From Ignavibacteriota bacterium (GTDB taxonomy: Bacteria > Bacteroidota > Ignavibacteria > UBA10030 > UBA6906), in assembly GCA_963801355.1 (NCBI GenBank), contig CAWDEM010000008.1:416001-480000 (forward strand): 64,000 bases of DNA. Reading direction: 5' to 3'. This document shows positions 39,532 through 51,086 of the stretch, piece by piece. The translations under genes were made by a program, and so were the position numbers. Below the pieces are notes generated by a model that did no database searches, had not been told where the DNA came from, and worked only from the letters and a program-made list of their open reading frames with translations. Positions within the stretch are counted from its first letter, which is position 1. Every line of letters begins with the position of its first letter.

Positions 39532-40650
39532 ATGGGGAAAGCAACGGTAGCGGTTCTGAAAACAACACCTCAAACAGTGCTTAGGGACTACGAGCGTCTT
39601 GCCGAATTGGCGGGAATGAGTGCCGCGCTGGACAAAAAGGCCCCGACGATTCTCAAGGACAATATTTCCTGGCATTTCCCCTTCCCGGCGGCGAACACCA
39701 CTCCTTGGCAACTTGAGGGCGCCATCCTTGCGCTGCAGAAGTCGGGCTTCCAGGACATCACAGCCGTGCAGAACAAGACTGTTGTCACCGATGCGTTCAA
39801 GGGAGAGGATCTCAACAAGTACGTTCCGCTCTTCCGGAAATACGCGATCCCTGTGCGATTCAACTTCCGCGAAGAAGACATGAAGTGGGTGGCCTACAAG
39901 CCCAAGAAAAAGATGCACGTACTCGACAAGATCTATCCGGAAGGGATCACAATCCCGGACTATTTCTTTGGCAAGAATATCGTCCATCTGCCCACGGTGA
40001 AATGCCACATCTATACAACGACCACCGGCGCCATGAAGAACGCCTTCGGCGGTCTGCTCAATACCAAGAGGCACTACACACACTCCTGGATCCACCGGAC
40101 GCTTGTAGATTTGCTTGCCATCCAGAAGGAAATCCACACGGGGTTGTTTGCGTTCATGGACGGCACCACGGTGGGAAACGGACCGGGTCCGAGAACCATG
40201 TACCCGGTTGTCAAGGACTACATTCTGGCGAGTACCGATCAGACGGCCATCGATGCCGTTGCGGCGAAGATGATGGGGTTCGACCCGCTCTCTCTTGAGT
40301 ATATCCGGGTTGCCCATGAAGACGGATTGGGTGTCGGCGATGTCCGCGACATCACCATTGCCGGTGCCGACATCTCAAATGAGTCGTGGGGGTTCCACGT
40401 GGGGAATAACCTCGCAAGCATGGCGGGGCATCTGACCTGGTTTGGACCGCTCAAAGGTATGCAGAATCTGTTGTTCCACACCCCGGTGGTCAACCTCTTT
40501 ATTTTTGCATCGGAATCGTATCATGATTACTATCGCTGGCCTGTGAAAGACCGGCGGACATTTGAGAACTGGCGTGCGACGACACACTGGGGAAAACTGT
40601 TTCAAGAGTACGAAAAACTTTCACCGGCCCCCGTCGGCGTGAAGTCGTAG
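39532..40650 (+). CDS. DUF362-family protein
   Basis: LPTVKCH..TTGAMKNAFG, DG...GPGP, AIDAVAAKMMGFDP. Confidence 0.75.
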   Translation: MGKATVAVLKTTPQTVLRDYERLAELAGMSAALDKKAPTILKDNISWHFPFPAANTTPWQLEGAILALQKSGFQDITAVQNKTVVTDAFKGEDLNKYVPLFRKYAIPVRFNFREEDMKWVAYKPKKKMHVLDKIYPEGITIPDYFFGKNIVHLPTVKCHIYTTTTGAMKNAFGGLLNTKRHYTHSWIHRTLVDLLAIQKEIHTGLFAFMDGTTVGNGPGPRTMYPVVKDYILASTDQTAIDAVAAKMMGFDPLSLEYIRVAHEDGLGVGDVRDITIAGADISNESWGFHVGNNLASMAGHLTWFGPLKGMQNLLFHTPVVNLFIFASESYHDYYRWPVKDRRTFENWRATTHWGKLFQEYEKLSPAPVGVKS

Positions 40651-40663
40651 CGGGAGCACATAT

Positions 40664-41551
40664 GTGAATTCGAAGACGCGCGCCGAACTGGCGCTCCTTG
40701 CCACGACGTTTCTCTGGGGTGGGACGTTTCCGGTCGTCAAGATCGGGATGATCTATATATCTCCGGTGTTGCTGATCGCCGTGCGTTTCGTTGTGGCGAC
40801 CATCGTGTTGTTGCTTTTCTTCCGCCGGAAGATCTTTCCGATCCCCGCTGCATCTGTGGCGAAAGGTGCGGTGCTCTCACTGTTTCTTTTCCTGGGCTTC
40901 GTTGCGCAGAATATCGGTCTGACCATCACCACGGCATCGAAGTCCGCGTTTATCACGGGGATGATGGTGCTCTTTGTCCCGCTCCTCCAATTTGTGATCG
41001 AACGCCGACCGCCGAAATTCGGCAATGTCCTGGGAGTGGGGGTTGTCGCGGCGGGGCTCTGGTTCCTCACGTCGCCGACTGGAGCGGGCTTGAATGCCGG
41101 AGATGCACTGACGCTCGTCTGTGCCGTCCTATTCGGCGTCTACATCGTCTATCTCGATGTGATTTCCCGTGACATGACGCCGCTGCAGCTCGTGTTCCTG
41201 CAGATGTCGTGCACCGCGGTGTTCGCGGTGGTTGCCACACTCGGATTTGAGACACCATCGTTCCGGTGGTCGACGGAAGGTGTTGCGGCGCTGCTGTATC
41301 TCACAGTCCTGGCCACGCTGTTGACGACGTACGTGCAGACGCGGTTTCAGAAGGACACGACCCCCACGCGGGCCGTCGTGATCTTCTCCATAGAGCCGAT
41401 CATCGCCTCGGTGTTGGCGGCGTTGATGCTCGGCGAGCGGATGGGCACGTTGGGGATGCTCGGCGGCGCGTTGATCATCGTGGGCGTGCTCGTGTCGGAG
41501 CTTTCCGATGGAGTGCCGTGGCTGAACCGGGCGGTAAGAGGTGATTCTTGA
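40664..41551 (+). CDS. DMT/EamA family transporter
   Basis: About 10 TM helices, WGGTF, SKSAFITG, EP motif. Confidence 0.88.
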   Translation: MNSKTRAELALLATTFLWGGTFPVVKIGMIYISPVLLIAVRFVVATIVLLLFFRRKIFPIPAASVAKGAVLSLFLFLGFVAQNIGLTITTASKSAFITGMMVLFVPLLQFVIERRPPKFGNVLGVGVVAAGLWFLTSPTGAGLNAGDALTLVCAVLFGVYIVYLDVISRDMTPLQLVFLQMSCTAVFAVVATLGFETPSFRWSTEGVAALLYLTVLATLLTTYVQTRFQKDTTPTRAVVIFSIEPIIASVLAALMLGERMGTLGMLGGALIIVGVLVSELSDGVPWLNRAVRGDS

Positions 41552-41588
41552 TTTTCAGTGCATCCGGCCGTACACTTACATACGTGTC

Positions 41589-41861
41589 ATGAATGTCCGT
41601 GCGCACATAATTGTCAGGGGGATGGTGCAGGGCGTGGGGTTCCGGTGGTTCGCGGCGCGGGAAGCGCAGAAACTCGGTCTGGCGGGATTCGTGTGCAATC
41701 TCGCCGACGGGGGTGTGGAGGTGGAAGCGGAAGGGGAACGCGGCACCGTGGAACAACTCATTGCCCTCCTGAAGGTGGGTCCGCGTGCCGCAGACGTCCG
41801 GGATCTGCATATCACCTGGCAGCAACCATTGATGGAGAGAATCCGCTTTGAAATCCGCTGA
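41589..41861 (+). CDS. acyP: Acylphosphatase
   Basis: VRGMVQGVGFR...N..DG.VE. Confidence 0.9.
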   Translation: MNVRAHIIVRGMVQGVGFRWFAAREAQKLGLAGFVCNLADGGVEVEAEGERGTVEQLIALLKVGPRAADVRDLHITWQQPLMERIRFEIR

Positions 41862-41868
41862 ATCTCAT

Positions 41869-42345
41869 GTGCCCCGCATCGGGTTCGGGTACGATGTGCA
41901 CCGGCTTGTGGACGGCCGGCGGCTCGTGCTGGGCGGCGTAGAGATACCTTCGACGATGGGTCTGGAGGGGCACTCTGACGCCGATGTGCTTGTGCACGCC
42001 ATTTGTGACGCGTTACTGGGGGCCGCGGGACTGGGGGACATCGGCGAGCACTTTCCGAATACGGATCCGCAGTACCGGGACATCTCCAGCCTGACATTGC
42101 TCGGCCACGTCGGCAGGCTTCTTGATGCCCGGGGATACGCGCTGGTCAGTATTGATTCCACCGTGATACTGGAGCGACCGAAGATTCTACCGCATGCAAA
42201 GGCTATGTGTGCGGCCATCGCGGGCACGCTCGGTGTCTCTCCCGCGCTCATTTCGATCAAGGCTACGACGAGCGAAGGGCTAGGCTTCGTAGGCCGGGGT
42301 GAAGGTGCAGCAGCCCATGCCGTGGCCGCAATCGTGCACTCCTGA
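41869..42345 (+). CDS. ispF: 2-C-methyl-D-erythritol 2,4-cyclodiphosphate synthase
   Basis: RIGFGYDVH, GHSDADV, GDIGEHFP, KATTSEGLG. Confidence 0.95.
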   Translation: MPRIGFGYDVHRLVDGRRLVLGGVEIPSTMGLEGHSDADVLVHAICDALLGAAGLGDIGEHFPNTDPQYRDISSLTLLGHVGRLLDARGYALVSIDSTVILERPKILPHAKAMCAAIAGTLGVSPALISIKATTSEGLGFVGRGEGAAAHAVAAIVHS

Positions 42346-42377
42346 CCGGCGACCCGACTCAACCACGAGAGAAGGCG

Positions 42378-42995
42378 ATGCAGGAATTTTTCCAGTACCT
42401 CAACACTATCGACCCGCTCGTCGTCTATGGACTGATGCTCGGGCTCGCCCTTGTGGAAAACATTTTTCCACCCTCACCGAGCGACATGATGATCATTGCG
42501 GCCGGGTCGCTCGTCGGATTGGGAAGGTTGGATTTTTTCGCAGCGCTCCTCAGTGCGACAGCCGGGAGCACGCTCGGGTTCATAATCATGTACAAGATCG
42601 GCGATTGGTTCGGGGACCACATCCTGGAGCAGGGGAAACTGAAATTCATCCCCATTGAGGCAGTGCATAAAGTGGAGAAGTGGTTCGCGCGCTACGGGTA
42701 TGCCGTCATCGTGGTCAACCGGTTTCTCACGGGCACCCGCGCTGTGGTGTCGTTCTTCGCCGGGATGTCCGAATTGAAACTGACGACGACGACAGTGCTC
42801 TGTGCGGTGAGTGCGCTCGTCTGGAACGCTGTGCTCATCGGCATCGGGTACTACCTCGGCCACAACTGGGATCGCATCAACCTGCTGCTGCACACCTACA
42901 GTCAGGCCGTGACGGCGATTGTGATCATCGTCGTCATTCTCCTCGTCGCGCGCTACGTTCTTGGCCGGCGCAAAACCGGTGCAGGCCAGGCATGA
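42378..42995 (+). CDS. DedA family membrane protein
   Basis: ENIFPPSPSD, RF..G.R and AG motifs. Confidence 0.9.
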   Translation: MQEFFQYLNTIDPLVVYGLMLGLALVENIFPPSPSDMMIIAAGSLVGLGRLDFFAALLSATAGSTLGFIIMYKIGDWFGDHILEQGKLKFIPIEAVHKVEKWFARYGYAVIVVNRFLTGTRAVVSFFAGMSELKLTTTTVLCAVSALVWNAVLIGIGYYLGHNWDRINLLLHTYSQAVTAIVIIVVILLVARYVLGRRKTGAGQA

Positions 42996-43603
42996 TCGAG
43001 TTCCTGTACACTCTGGACGTCGCCGTCTTTCACTTCATCAACGGGGCATTGAGCACCGCGGCCGGAGATCTGTTCTGGCCCGCCGTCACGGATTATGATA
43101 AGATCCTTGCTGTACGCATTGTCCTTGTCGCCGTCTGGCTCTGGCTCATGATCAAAGGGGGGAAGCGCGGGCGCACCGCGGCACTGCTGCTGGTAGTGGT
43201 GATTGTGTGCTCGGACCAGATCAGCAGTTTTGTGGTGAAGCCGCTCGTGCAGCGACCGCGTCCCTGCCACCTGGTCGACGGAAGACCCGCGGTTGCGGAC
43301 GTTCACCTTCTGGTCGGATGCGGCGGCGGAAAATCGTTTCCTTCATCGCATGCGGTCAACAACTTTGCCGTGGCCACGGTCTTTGCCCTCTACTATCGCC
43401 GCTGGCGTTATGCCTTCTATGCCTGGGCGGCACTGGTCGCCCTCTCGCGGGTATTCGTCGGGGTGCACTATCCTTCTGATATTCTCGGCGGCGCGCTGAT
43501 CGGCGGCATCGTTGCCCTCATGATCGTCGCCACCTGGCGCGCAGTGGCACGCCGCTGGCTCCCCGCGCTTGCGGTCGACATTCCGGCTCGGGATACGGCA
43601 TGA
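42992..43603 (+). CDS. PAP2 family phosphatase
   Basis: KPLVQRPRP, SFPSSH, SRVFVGVHYPSD. Confidence 0.9.
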   Translation: MIEFLYTLDVAVFHFINGALSTAAGDLFWPAVTDYDKILAVRIVLVAVWLWLMIKGGKRGRTAALLLVVVIVCSDQISSFVVKPLVQRPRPCHLVDGRPAVADVHLLVGCGGGKSFPSSHAVNNFAVATVFALYYRRWRYAFYAWAALVALSRVFVGVHYPSDILGGALIGGIVALMIVATWRAVARRWLPALAVDIPARDTA

Positions 43604-45261
43604 GCACGGCCGAACGACATACGGAGCGCCGCAGGATGTACCTGCTTGCGGTATTGTCGGGAGTGTTGCTGGGACTCTCATTCCCACCGTTTCCTCTCGG
43701 GCTCTTTGCCTGTGTCGGCCTGGTGCCTCTGCTGATTGTTCTGAACGCGTTTCCCCATCCGAAGCAAACCTTCCGCTTCATGTACGTTGCGTTGTTCGTG
43801 TTTCATGTCATCACGCTGAATTGGACGGGCGACTATGTCGAGGCGAACGATGTCTACATGATGATCGCCGGGGCGGTCACCATGGTCGTTCATCCTCTCT
43901 TCTACTTCCTTCCGCTCGGGGCGTACGTCGTCATCCGCCGCCATCTGGGCGAACCGGTGGCGCTCACCGCACTGCCATTTGCCTGGGTCGGGTACGAGTA
44001 TACTCACTCCCTTACCGAATGGTCGTTTCCATGGCTGACACTCGGCAACAGCCAGTCGTATGACATAGGCAGGATTCAGTTCATCGAGTGGACCGGGGTG
44101 TTCGGGGTGTCCTTCTGGGTGCTGGTGCTGAATGTGCTGGTCTACCTCATTGTGCGGGCACTTCTGGAGCGGCGGTCCTTGCGGTCACGTCCGGTCATCC
44201 TGCCCTCGTTGCTGCTCGTTGTGCTGGCGCTGATTCCCTCATTACACGGGTGGATAGTGCTGCAGGGGGAAGAGCAGGAGAGCTCCCGGGAGCGCGATTC
44301 CATTGCGGTGGGCATCATACAGACAAATATCGATCCCTGGGACAAGTGGAGAGCGAACGGCTACGCCACCGTTGACCTGTACATGCGCATGACCCGGGCA
44401 CTGGTGGAGAGTACTGCATCCTGCAAACCAGATCTGGTGCTCTGGCCGGAGACCGCCTTTCCGTTTGACATCATGAATCCCGCGAACAGTGATCTGCTTG
44501 CCTCACTGCAGCATCAACTGGGCGTGTGGGATGTCAGTGTGTTGACGGGCCTACCTCACAAGGTGTCGTACACCGACACACTTGCGGCGCCGCCAAGCGC
44601 GCGGCTCAACACCACCACCCGGGAAAGGTACGATTGGTACAACGCGGCATCATTGATCCAATCCTCCGGAGACCCCCCGACCTGGTACGGGAAGATGAAA
44701 CTCGTCCCATTTGCTGAACGCGTCCCTTATGCGGATGCGCTCAGATTCGTGGACTTCCTGCGGTGGGATGTGGGCATCGGAGGCTGGCAAATCGGTCCTG
44801 ATACCAGCGTGTTTGTCGACCGGCGCACGGGTGCCCGGTTCAATGCGCTGATCTGTTATGAGTCCACCTATCCCGGTTTCGTCGCCGCGTTTGTCCGCAA
44901 GGGTGCGGAGTTTATCACTCTGATCACCATCGACAGCTGGTGGGACCATATGTCGGGAGCGTACCAGCATCAGCAGATTGCGATCTTCCGAGCAATCGAG
45001 AACCGGCGCTGGATTGCGCGATGCGCCGTCGGAGGTATTTCCTGTTTCATTGATCCATACGGACGGGTGTACGATGCGACGGAATTGTTCACCACCAGGG
45101 CGCTCTGCCGCCAGATCGAACGGCGGACCGGCTTGAGTTTTTACACGCGGCACGGCGACTGGCTGGGAGAAATATCATTCTGGGTGGCGCTGATACTGGT
45201 CGCTGCCGCGATGGGGCAGGGCTTCTTAACAAAACAACGCAGGCAACTATGGCAGGCATGA
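43600..45261 (+). CDS. lnt: Apolipoprotein N-acyltransferase
   Basis: FPW..LG.SQ, WPETA, K..LVPFAE, ICYES, RAIENRR. Confidence 0.93.
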   Translation: MSTAERHTERRRMYLLAVLSGVLLGLSFPPFPLGLFACVGLVPLLIVLNAFPHPKQTFRFMYVALFVFHVITLNWTGDYVEANDVYMMIAGAVTMVVHPLFYFLPLGAYVVIRRHLGEPVALTALPFAWVGYEYTHSLTEWSFPWLTLGNSQSYDIGRIQFIEWTGVFGVSFWVLVLNVLVYLIVRALLERRSLRSRPVILPSLLLVVLALIPSLHGWIVLQGEEQESSRERDSIAVGIIQTNIDPWDKWRANGYATVDLYMRMTRALVESTASCKPDLVLWPETAFPFDIMNPANSDLLASLQHQLGVWDVSVLTGLPHKVSYTDTLAAPPSARLNTTTRERYDWYNAASLIQSSGDPPTWYGKMKLVPFAERVPYADALRFVDFLRWDVGIGGWQIGPDTSVFVDRRTGARFNALICYESTYPGFVAAFVRKGAEFITLITIDSWWDHMSGAYQHQQIAIFRAIENRRWIARCAVGGISCFIDPYGRVYDATELFTTRALCRQIERRTGLSFYTRHGDWLGEISFWVALILVAAAMGQGFLTKQRRQLWQA

Positions 45262-46295
45262 AGATTGACCTACGGAGCGACACCGTCACGCGCCCATCCG
45301 AAGAAATGCGACGGGTCATGGCAGCAGCCGAAGTGGGAGACGATGTGTATGGCGAGGACCCGACCGTGAACAGGCTGCAGGAACGGGTCGCCGAGCTTCT
45401 GGGAAAAGAAGATGCGCTGTTCGTTCCGAGCGGCACGATGGGGAACCAGGTCTGCATAAAAGTGCACACGCAGCCGGGCGATGAAGTGATCGCCGACAGC
45501 AATGCGCACGTGTTTCAGTACGAGACCGGGGGTGCGGCGTTCCTTTCGAACGTGCAGATCCATACCGTGCAAGGAGCGAAGGGGATTCTCAGCGCGGAAT
45601 TGGTGCGCTCCGCGATCAGGCCCGACATCTACTACATGCCCCGTACCCGGCTGGTCTGCCTGGAGAATACACACAACCGTGCGGGGGGGACGATATACCC
45701 ACTCCAGGTGATTGCGGAGATCGCTGCGGTCGCGCAGGAGCATGACATGCGGGTGCATCTGGATGGGGCGCGGATCTGGAATGCGAGTGTCGCCACGGGG
45801 ATCGCTCCCGTCACGTTTGCGCGTCCGTGTGATTCAGTTTCCGTCTGTCTCTCGAAGGGACTCGGAGCGCCGGTGGGGTCGGTCGTCGCGGGCACGCGCG
45901 GATTTATCGAGGCGGCACGGCATTTCCGGAAACTCTTCGGGGGCGGCATGCGGCAGTCAGGCATCCTTGCGGCGGCGGGGCTGTACGCGCTGGAACACAA
46001 CATCGAGCGCCTGGGCGAGGATCACGAGAAAGCCCGGATACTCGCGGAAGCACTCGCCGGTGCAAAGGGGTGCACGCTGGATCCCGGTTCCGTGCAGACC
46101 AACATCATCATCGCTGACATCGGTGGTACGGGTTGGGGAGCAACGAAAACGGTCGAAATGCTCAAAGCCAGCGGGATTCTCGTGGGAGAGGCGGGGAAAG
46201 ACCGGATTCGTCTGGTGACACATCTGGATGTGTCCTTCCAACAGGTTCGCCACGCAGCGAAGATAATCAGGGAGGTATTTGCCGGCTCGACTTGA
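45249..46295 (+). CDS. ltaE: Low-specificity L-threonine aldolase
   Basis: [34 protein letters not shown]. Confidence 0.93.
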   Translation: MAGMKIDLRSDTVTRPSEEMRRVMAAAEVGDDVYGEDPTVNRLQERVAELLGKEDALFVPSGTMGNQVCIKVHTQPGDEVIADSNAHVFQYETGGAAFLSNVQIHTVQGAKGILSAELVRSAIRPDIYYMPRTRLVCLENTHNRAGGTIYPLQVIAEIAAVAQEHDMRVHLDGARIWNASVATGIAPVTFARPCDSVSVCLSKGLGAPVGSVVAGTRGFIEAARHFRKLFGGGMRQSGILAAAGLYALEHNIERLGEDHEKARILAEALAGAKGCTLDPGSVQTNIIIADIGGTGWGATKTVEMLKASGILVGEAGKDRIRLVTHLDVSFQQVRHAAKIIREVFAGST

Positions 46296-46320
46296 TTTTT
46301 ACTGTTTGATGTTGTATACT
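46292..46320 (+). promoter_or_regulatory. Putative promoter of the rimP-nusA-infB operon
   Basis: TTGATT-N17-TATACT. Confidence 0.65.
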
Positions 46321-46385
46321 GTTAAGGTTTGTGTTGTAGATATAGCCCAATTTGGGCTATTTTTGTTTGATATGTACAGCAGTGT

Positions 46386-46841
46386 ATGCACATCCCTGAC
46401 GAACTACGCGGTATTGTGGACGAGAGCGCACGTGCGTGCAATGCACACGCCATCGACCTTGTTCTTCGCGGCGACCATCGTCGGCCGGTGGTAGAAGTGT
46501 TTGTCGACGCAGAAGGGCCGGTGACGGCGGACCTCTGTTCAGAGATAAGCAGGCGCATTGCGGCCGGGATCGAGGCCGGGGGATTTCTGCCGGAGACATA
46601 CCGGCTCGAGGTTTCATCGCCTGGAATCGACAGGCCGTTGCAGCATCCGTGGCAATTCCGCAAGCATTGCGGACGCAAGCTTCATGTACAGCTGCAACCG
46701 TCCGGCGGGCCTGCCGGCGAAGTCCGCGGAACACTGCAGTTGGCGGATGATGAGGGAATACTCGTGCGCACTGTCGACGGCGTGGAGACGCGTATCTCCT
46801 ATGCCGCGATTCACGAAGCGAAAGTGATGCCACCCTGGTAA
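46386..46841 (+). CDS. rimP: Ribosome maturation factor RimP
   Basis: YRLEVSSPGIDRPL, positioned before nusA. Confidence 0.93.
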   Translation: MHIPDELRGIVDESARACNAHAIDLVLRGDHRRPVVEVFVDAEGPVTADLCSEISRRIAAGIEAGGFLPETYRLEVSSPGIDRPLQHPWQFRKHCGRKLHVQLQPSGGPAGEVRGTLQLADDEGILVRTVDGVETRISYAAIHEAKVMPPW

Positions 46842-46885
46842 GTCAGAGGGTGGGCAATGTGTTTACTCTATTGAGGAGGTAATGA

Positions 46886-48271
46886 ATGAATTCCGAGATT
46901 GTCGAATCGTTCGCGCAGATGGTCCGCGAAAAAGGAATCGACAAGGACATTTTGGCGGGGGTCGTCGAAGATGTCTTCTCCATGATGGTGCGCAAGAAGT
47001 ACGGGCAGGATGCGAAGTTCGATGTCGTGGTCAACATGGACAAGGGCGACATTGAAATCTTTCTGGAGCGCGAGGTGGTGGAGACGGTGGAGAATCCGAC
47101 CACGCAAATCGACGTGGAAACGGCGCGCGAAGTGTCGGGAGAAACGCTCGAAGTGGGGGAGGACTTCGTGGAGGTTGTGCCCCTGGTCACATTCGGACGT
47201 CGCCTGGTGGTGAGCGCCAAACAAAATCTGAACCAGCGTATCAAAGAAATTGAACGCGAACAAGTCTTCAACGAATACAACAGCACGATCGGCGACATCA
47301 TTGTCGGTGAAATTTACCAGCTGCGCCGGAACGAGATCCTGGTCAACCACAACCGGAATGAACTGATCCTTCCCAAAAGCGAACAGATTTTCAAGGAGCG
47401 GTACAAAAAGGGAGAGACCATCAGGGCTGTGGTGAAGGAAGTGCGTCGGAACAACGGGAACCCCGCCGTGATTGTCTCGCGGGCGGACCCCTCGTTTCTG
47501 TCAAAGCTGTTCGAAATGGAGATCCCGGAGATCTATGACGGCATCATTGAGATCAAGCGGATCGCCCGTGAACCCGGCGAGCGCGCCAAGGTGGCCGTGG
47601 AATCGCACGATGACCGCATCGATGCGGTCGGTGCGTGCGTCGGGATGAAGGGCGTTCGCATACACACCATTGTGCGGGAGCTGAACAACGAAAACATCGA
47701 TGTCATCAACTACAGCGATGTCCCTGAAGTCTTCATTGCCCGTTCCCTCGCGCCGGCAAAGCTGAAGAGCGTCGAACTGGACAAAGAGCACAAGACCGCG
47801 AACGTCCTGGTGAGTGCGGATCAGGTTTCCCTGGCTATCGGGCGGAACGGACAGAATATTCGTCTCGCCAGCAAGCTGACAGGGTTTGAGATCACGCTCA
47901 TCAAGGAAGGTGGCGACGAGGACGAGTACGATATTGAACTGGTGGATTTCAAGCCCGAGCTCGGCGAAGAATTGTATATGAAGCTGATCGAAGCCGGTTT
48001 GGAGACGGCGAAAGATGTGTTGAGCGCAAGCATGGATTCATTGCTGGCGATCGAAGGATTCACGGAAGAACGGATCAAGGAAGTGCGTGACATGATTCGC
48101 CGCGATCTCGATGAAGCCGAAGTGGAAGAGGAGGAGGCTGCGGAGGATGGGAAGCCTATCATGACGGCGACGCCGGATGATCGTCCTCCGTCCGAAACCG
48201 CCCCGGTGCCACCTCCGGCAGTTCCGCCGGCAGGGACCGCCGATTCTGAAGAAGCGCCGAAGAACTCGTAA
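46886..48271 (+). CDS. nusA: Transcription termination factor NusA
   Basis: EIPEI, AREPGERAK, GACVGMKG, AIGRNGQN. Confidence 0.97.
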   Translation: MNSEIVESFAQMVREKGIDKDILAGVVEDVFSMMVRKKYGQDAKFDVVVNMDKGDIEIFLEREVVETVENPTTQIDVETAREVSGETLEVGEDFVEVVPLVTFGRRLVVSAKQNLNQRIKEIEREQVFNEYNSTIGDIIVGEIYQLRRNEILVNHNRNELILPKSEQIFKERYKKGETIRAVVKEVRRNNGNPAVIVSRADPSFLSKLFEMEIPEIYDGIIEIKRIAREPGERAKVAVESHDDRIDAVGACVGMKGVRIHTIVRELNNENIDVINYSDVPEVFIARSLAPAKLKSVELDKEHKTANVLVSADQVSLAIGRNGQNIRLASKLTGFEITLIKEGGDEDEYDIELVDFKPELGEELYMKLIEAGLETAKDVLSASMDSLLAIEGFTEERIKEVRDMIRRDLDEAEVEEEEAAEDGKPIMTATPDDRPPSETAPVPPPAVPPAGTADSEEAPKNS

Positions 48272-48280
48272 AGGAGTCGC

Positions 48281-51085
48281 ATGTCCGAAACTGCAGAAAA
48301 AAGGAAAAAGCTGTACAAGGTTGCAACGGAACTCAATCTCTCTCACGAGACGCTGATCGAGTTCCTCCGGAAGAAGGGACATGAGGTCAAAAGCCACATG
48401 TCGTCGGTAGATGACGCCATGATGCGCGATATCCTCATTCACTTCAAGAGGGACAAGGACGTTGCGGAGAAGCACCAGCGGAAGATTCAGGAAATCCGTG
48501 AGACGAAGAAGCGTGCCGAGCGGAAAGCGGTAGAGGAACATGCAGAGCCGGCCGGCAAACCAGCAGCCGCGGAGCTTGAAGCGAAGCAGGTGACGCCGGA
48601 AGCCGAAGTCACCCGGCCGGAGGTGGAGGTGGCTGCGCCGGCTGAAGGAGCGACGCTGGAGCCTGCGGTGGCAGAGGTTGAGGTTGCAGCCGCTGAGGTT
48701 TCCGTGGCGAAGCCCGAAGTGGCGGGTGGCGAACAGCCGCCGGTCGAGGAGGAAGTGGCGGGAGGGGTTACTGCCGGGGCTCCCGTGGATGAGGAAGAAC
48801 CCGGAGAGCCGCTTGCTGCGGAGCAGGCGGTGGTGGAGCAAGAGGCAGGGCCGGCGCGTGCGAGGGAAAAGGGGAAGAAGACCGAACCGCGTTCGCCGCT
48901 CGAAATCGAGAAGGATCGCCGCGGAAAGATCGGATTGACGATCAAAGGGAAAATGGACCTTGCGCCAAAGAAGCCCGCTCCGGGCCGTGGGGGCAAGGCT
49001 GCCGCCAAGGGTGCGGCTGCACCCGCAGCGCCGTCTCCGGCGGAAAGCGACGAGCACAAGAAGAAGAAAAAGAAGAAACACCTTGCCGCAAAGGACGTCC
49101 CGGAGATCAAGCCGATTGATACCGAGGAGGCCGCCGGCGACAAGAAACGAAAGAAGAAAAAGAAGCTCCGGCACAAGGAAGTCAACCAGACCGATGTCAA
49201 GGACGCCATCCGCCGCACCTTCGCGTCCATGGACGAAACGGCCGTCAGCGGCCGGGCGGTCTACAAGAAGCGGAAGCGGAAGGAACGCGAAGAAGAGGAG
49301 GCCCGCGCCGAAGAAGAAGCACGCCGCGAATCCGGCATCGTGAGGGCCACAGAGTTCGTCTCCGTGAACGATCTTGCGAACCTGATGCGGGTCAACGTCG
49401 CCGAGGTTATCAAGAAGTGCATGGAACTCGGTATTATGGTGTCCATCAACCAGCGTCTTGACAAGGATACGATCACCCTCGTCGCAGACGAATTCGGGTT
49501 CCAGGTGGAATTCGTCTCGGGTATTGAAGACGCGGACGAGATTCCCGACATGGTCGATCCGGAAGAATCGCTGCGGAGACGGGCTCCCGTGGTCACGATC
49601 ATGGGGCACGTCGATCACGGCAAGACCTCGTTGCTGGACTACATCCGCCGTACGAATGTGGTCTCCGGCGAAGCCGGTGGGATCACACAGCATATCGGTG
49701 CGTACGAGGTCACTTCTCCGTCCGGGAGCAAGATCACATTTCTGGATACTCCCGGTCATGAAGCGTTCACCGCCATGCGTGCACGCGGCGCTCAGATCAC
49801 TGACATCGTCGTGCTCGTCGTTGCGGCCGATGACAGCGTCATGCCTCAAACACTGGAGGCCATCAGCCATGCGCGCGCGGCTTCCGTGCCGATCATCATC
49901 GCGATCAACAAGACCGACAAGCCGGATGCCAACCCGGAGCGGATCCGCCAGCAGCTCTCGGAGCGGGACATCCTCGTGGAAGAGTGGGGCGGCAAGTACC
50001 AGTGTGTCGAACTTTCTGCGAAGACCGGCAAAAATGTGGACCTGCTTCTCGAGAAGATTGCCCTCGAGGCGGAAGTCCTTGATCTCAAGGCGAATCCCGA
50101 CCGGCTCGCCTATGGCACGATCGTCGAAGCCCAGCTCGACAAGGGGAAAGGCATTGCCGCCACCATTCTGGTGCAGAAAGGGACGCTGCATGTCGGCGAC
50201 CCGTTCATCGGGGGCATCTACAGCGGCAAGGTGCGCGCGATGTACGACGAGGGTGGCAATCGACTGGAAACAGCCGGACCTTCATGTCCGGTGCAGCTGA
50301 CCGGTCTGGACGGCATCCCGCAGGCCGGCGACACATTTATCGTGATGGATTCTGACCGTTCTGCCCGAGAAATCAGCATCCGGCGCCAGCAACTGAAGCG
50401 GGAGCAGGATTTCCGCCAGGTACGGCTCACGACGCTGGATGACATCTCGGCGCAGATCAAGGACGGGCAGGTGAAGGAGCTGGGCGTCATCGTCAAGGGG
50501 GACGTGGATGGTTCTGTGGAAGCCCTTGCAGACTCGCTCATGAAGATCCAGCACAAGGAAGTGAAGCTGCGCGTCATTCACAGTGGAGTCGGGACAATCT
50601 CCGAATCGGATGTGATGCTCGCCACTGCATCGGGGGCTGTCATCATCGGGTTCCGGGTGCGTCCGAACCTGAATGCCCGGCGCCTTGCAGAGAAAGAAAA
50701 AGTCGATATCCGGATGTACAGCATCATTTACGACGCTATCGAGGATGTGCACAAGGCACTTGAAGGCATGCTCTCTCCCGAAAAGAAGGAAGAGATCATG
50801 AGCACGGTGGACATCCGGGCGGTCTTCAAGGTGCCGAAGGTGGGCAACATCGCCGGTTGCTATGTGCAGGACGGGAAAATCGTGCGGAACCACCGGGTGC
50901 GGCTTGTCCGCGACGGCATCCAGGTGTATGAAGGGACGATCAGCTCGCTGAAGAGGCTGAAAGATGACGTGCGCGAAGTGGAAGCAGGTTTCGAGTGCGG
51001 CATTGGTCTCGATAACTTCAACGACCTGAAGGTCGGCGATACCATCGAGTCGTTCCGCATCGTCGAAAGCAAACGGAAACTCTGA
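48281..51085 (+). CDS. infB: Translation initiation factor IF-2
   Basis: GHVDHGKT, DTPGHEAF, NKTD, ECGI. Confidence 0.98.
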   Translation: MSETAEKRKKLYKVATELNLSHETLIEFLRKKGHEVKSHMSSVDDAMMRDILIHFKRDKDVAEKHQRKIQEIRETKKRAERKAVEEHAEPAGKPAAAELEAKQVTPEAEVTRPEVEVAAPAEGATLEPAVAEVEVAAAEVSVAKPEVAGGEQPPVEEEVAGGVTAGAPVDEEEPGEPLAAEQAVVEQEAGPARAREKGKKTEPRSPLEIEKDRRGKIGLTIKGKMDLAPKKPAPGRGGKAAAKGAAAPAAPSPAESDEHKKKKKKKHLAAKDVPEIKPIDTEEAAGDKKRKKKKKLRHKEVNQTDVKDAIRRTFASMDETAVSGRAVYKKRKRKEREEEEARAEEEARRESGIVRATEFVSVNDLANLMRVNVAEVIKKCMELGIMVSINQRLDKDTITLVADEFGFQVEFVSGIEDADEIPDMVDPEESLRRRAPVVTIMGHVDHGKTSLLDYIRRTNVVSGEAGGITQHIGAYEVTSPSGSKITFLDTPGHEAFTAMRARGAQITDIVVLVVAADDSVMPQTLEAISHARAASVPIIIAINKTDKPDANPERIRQQLSERDILVEEWGGKYQCVELSAKTGKNVDLLLEKIALEAEVLDLKANPDRLAYGTIVEAQLDKGKGIAATILVQKGTLHVGDPFIGGIYSGKVRAMYDEGGNRLETAGPSCPVQLTGLDGIPQAGDTFIVMDSDRSAREISIRRQQLKREQDFRQVRLTTLDDISAQIKDGQVKELGVIVKGDVDGSVEALADSLMKIQHKEVKLRVIHSGVGTISESDVMLATASGAVIIGFRVRPNLNARRLAEKEKVDIRMYSIIYDAIEDVHKALEGMLSPEKKEEIMSTVDIRAVFKVPKVGNIAGCYVQDGKIVRNHRVRLVRDGIQVYEGTISSLKRLKDDVREVEAGFECGIGLDNFNDLKVGDTIESFRIVESKRKL

Positions 51086-51086
51086 C

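Noticed and set aside
48500-49330. Acidic Ala/Glu/Pro-rich region and poly-Lys tracts in IF-2
   Set aside because: Normal variable N-terminal region of IF-2.
48038-50191. 717-aa antisense ORF, and many similar shadow ORFs across the window
   Set aside because: They lie opposite well-conserved genes such as infB and are expected artefacts of high GC3.
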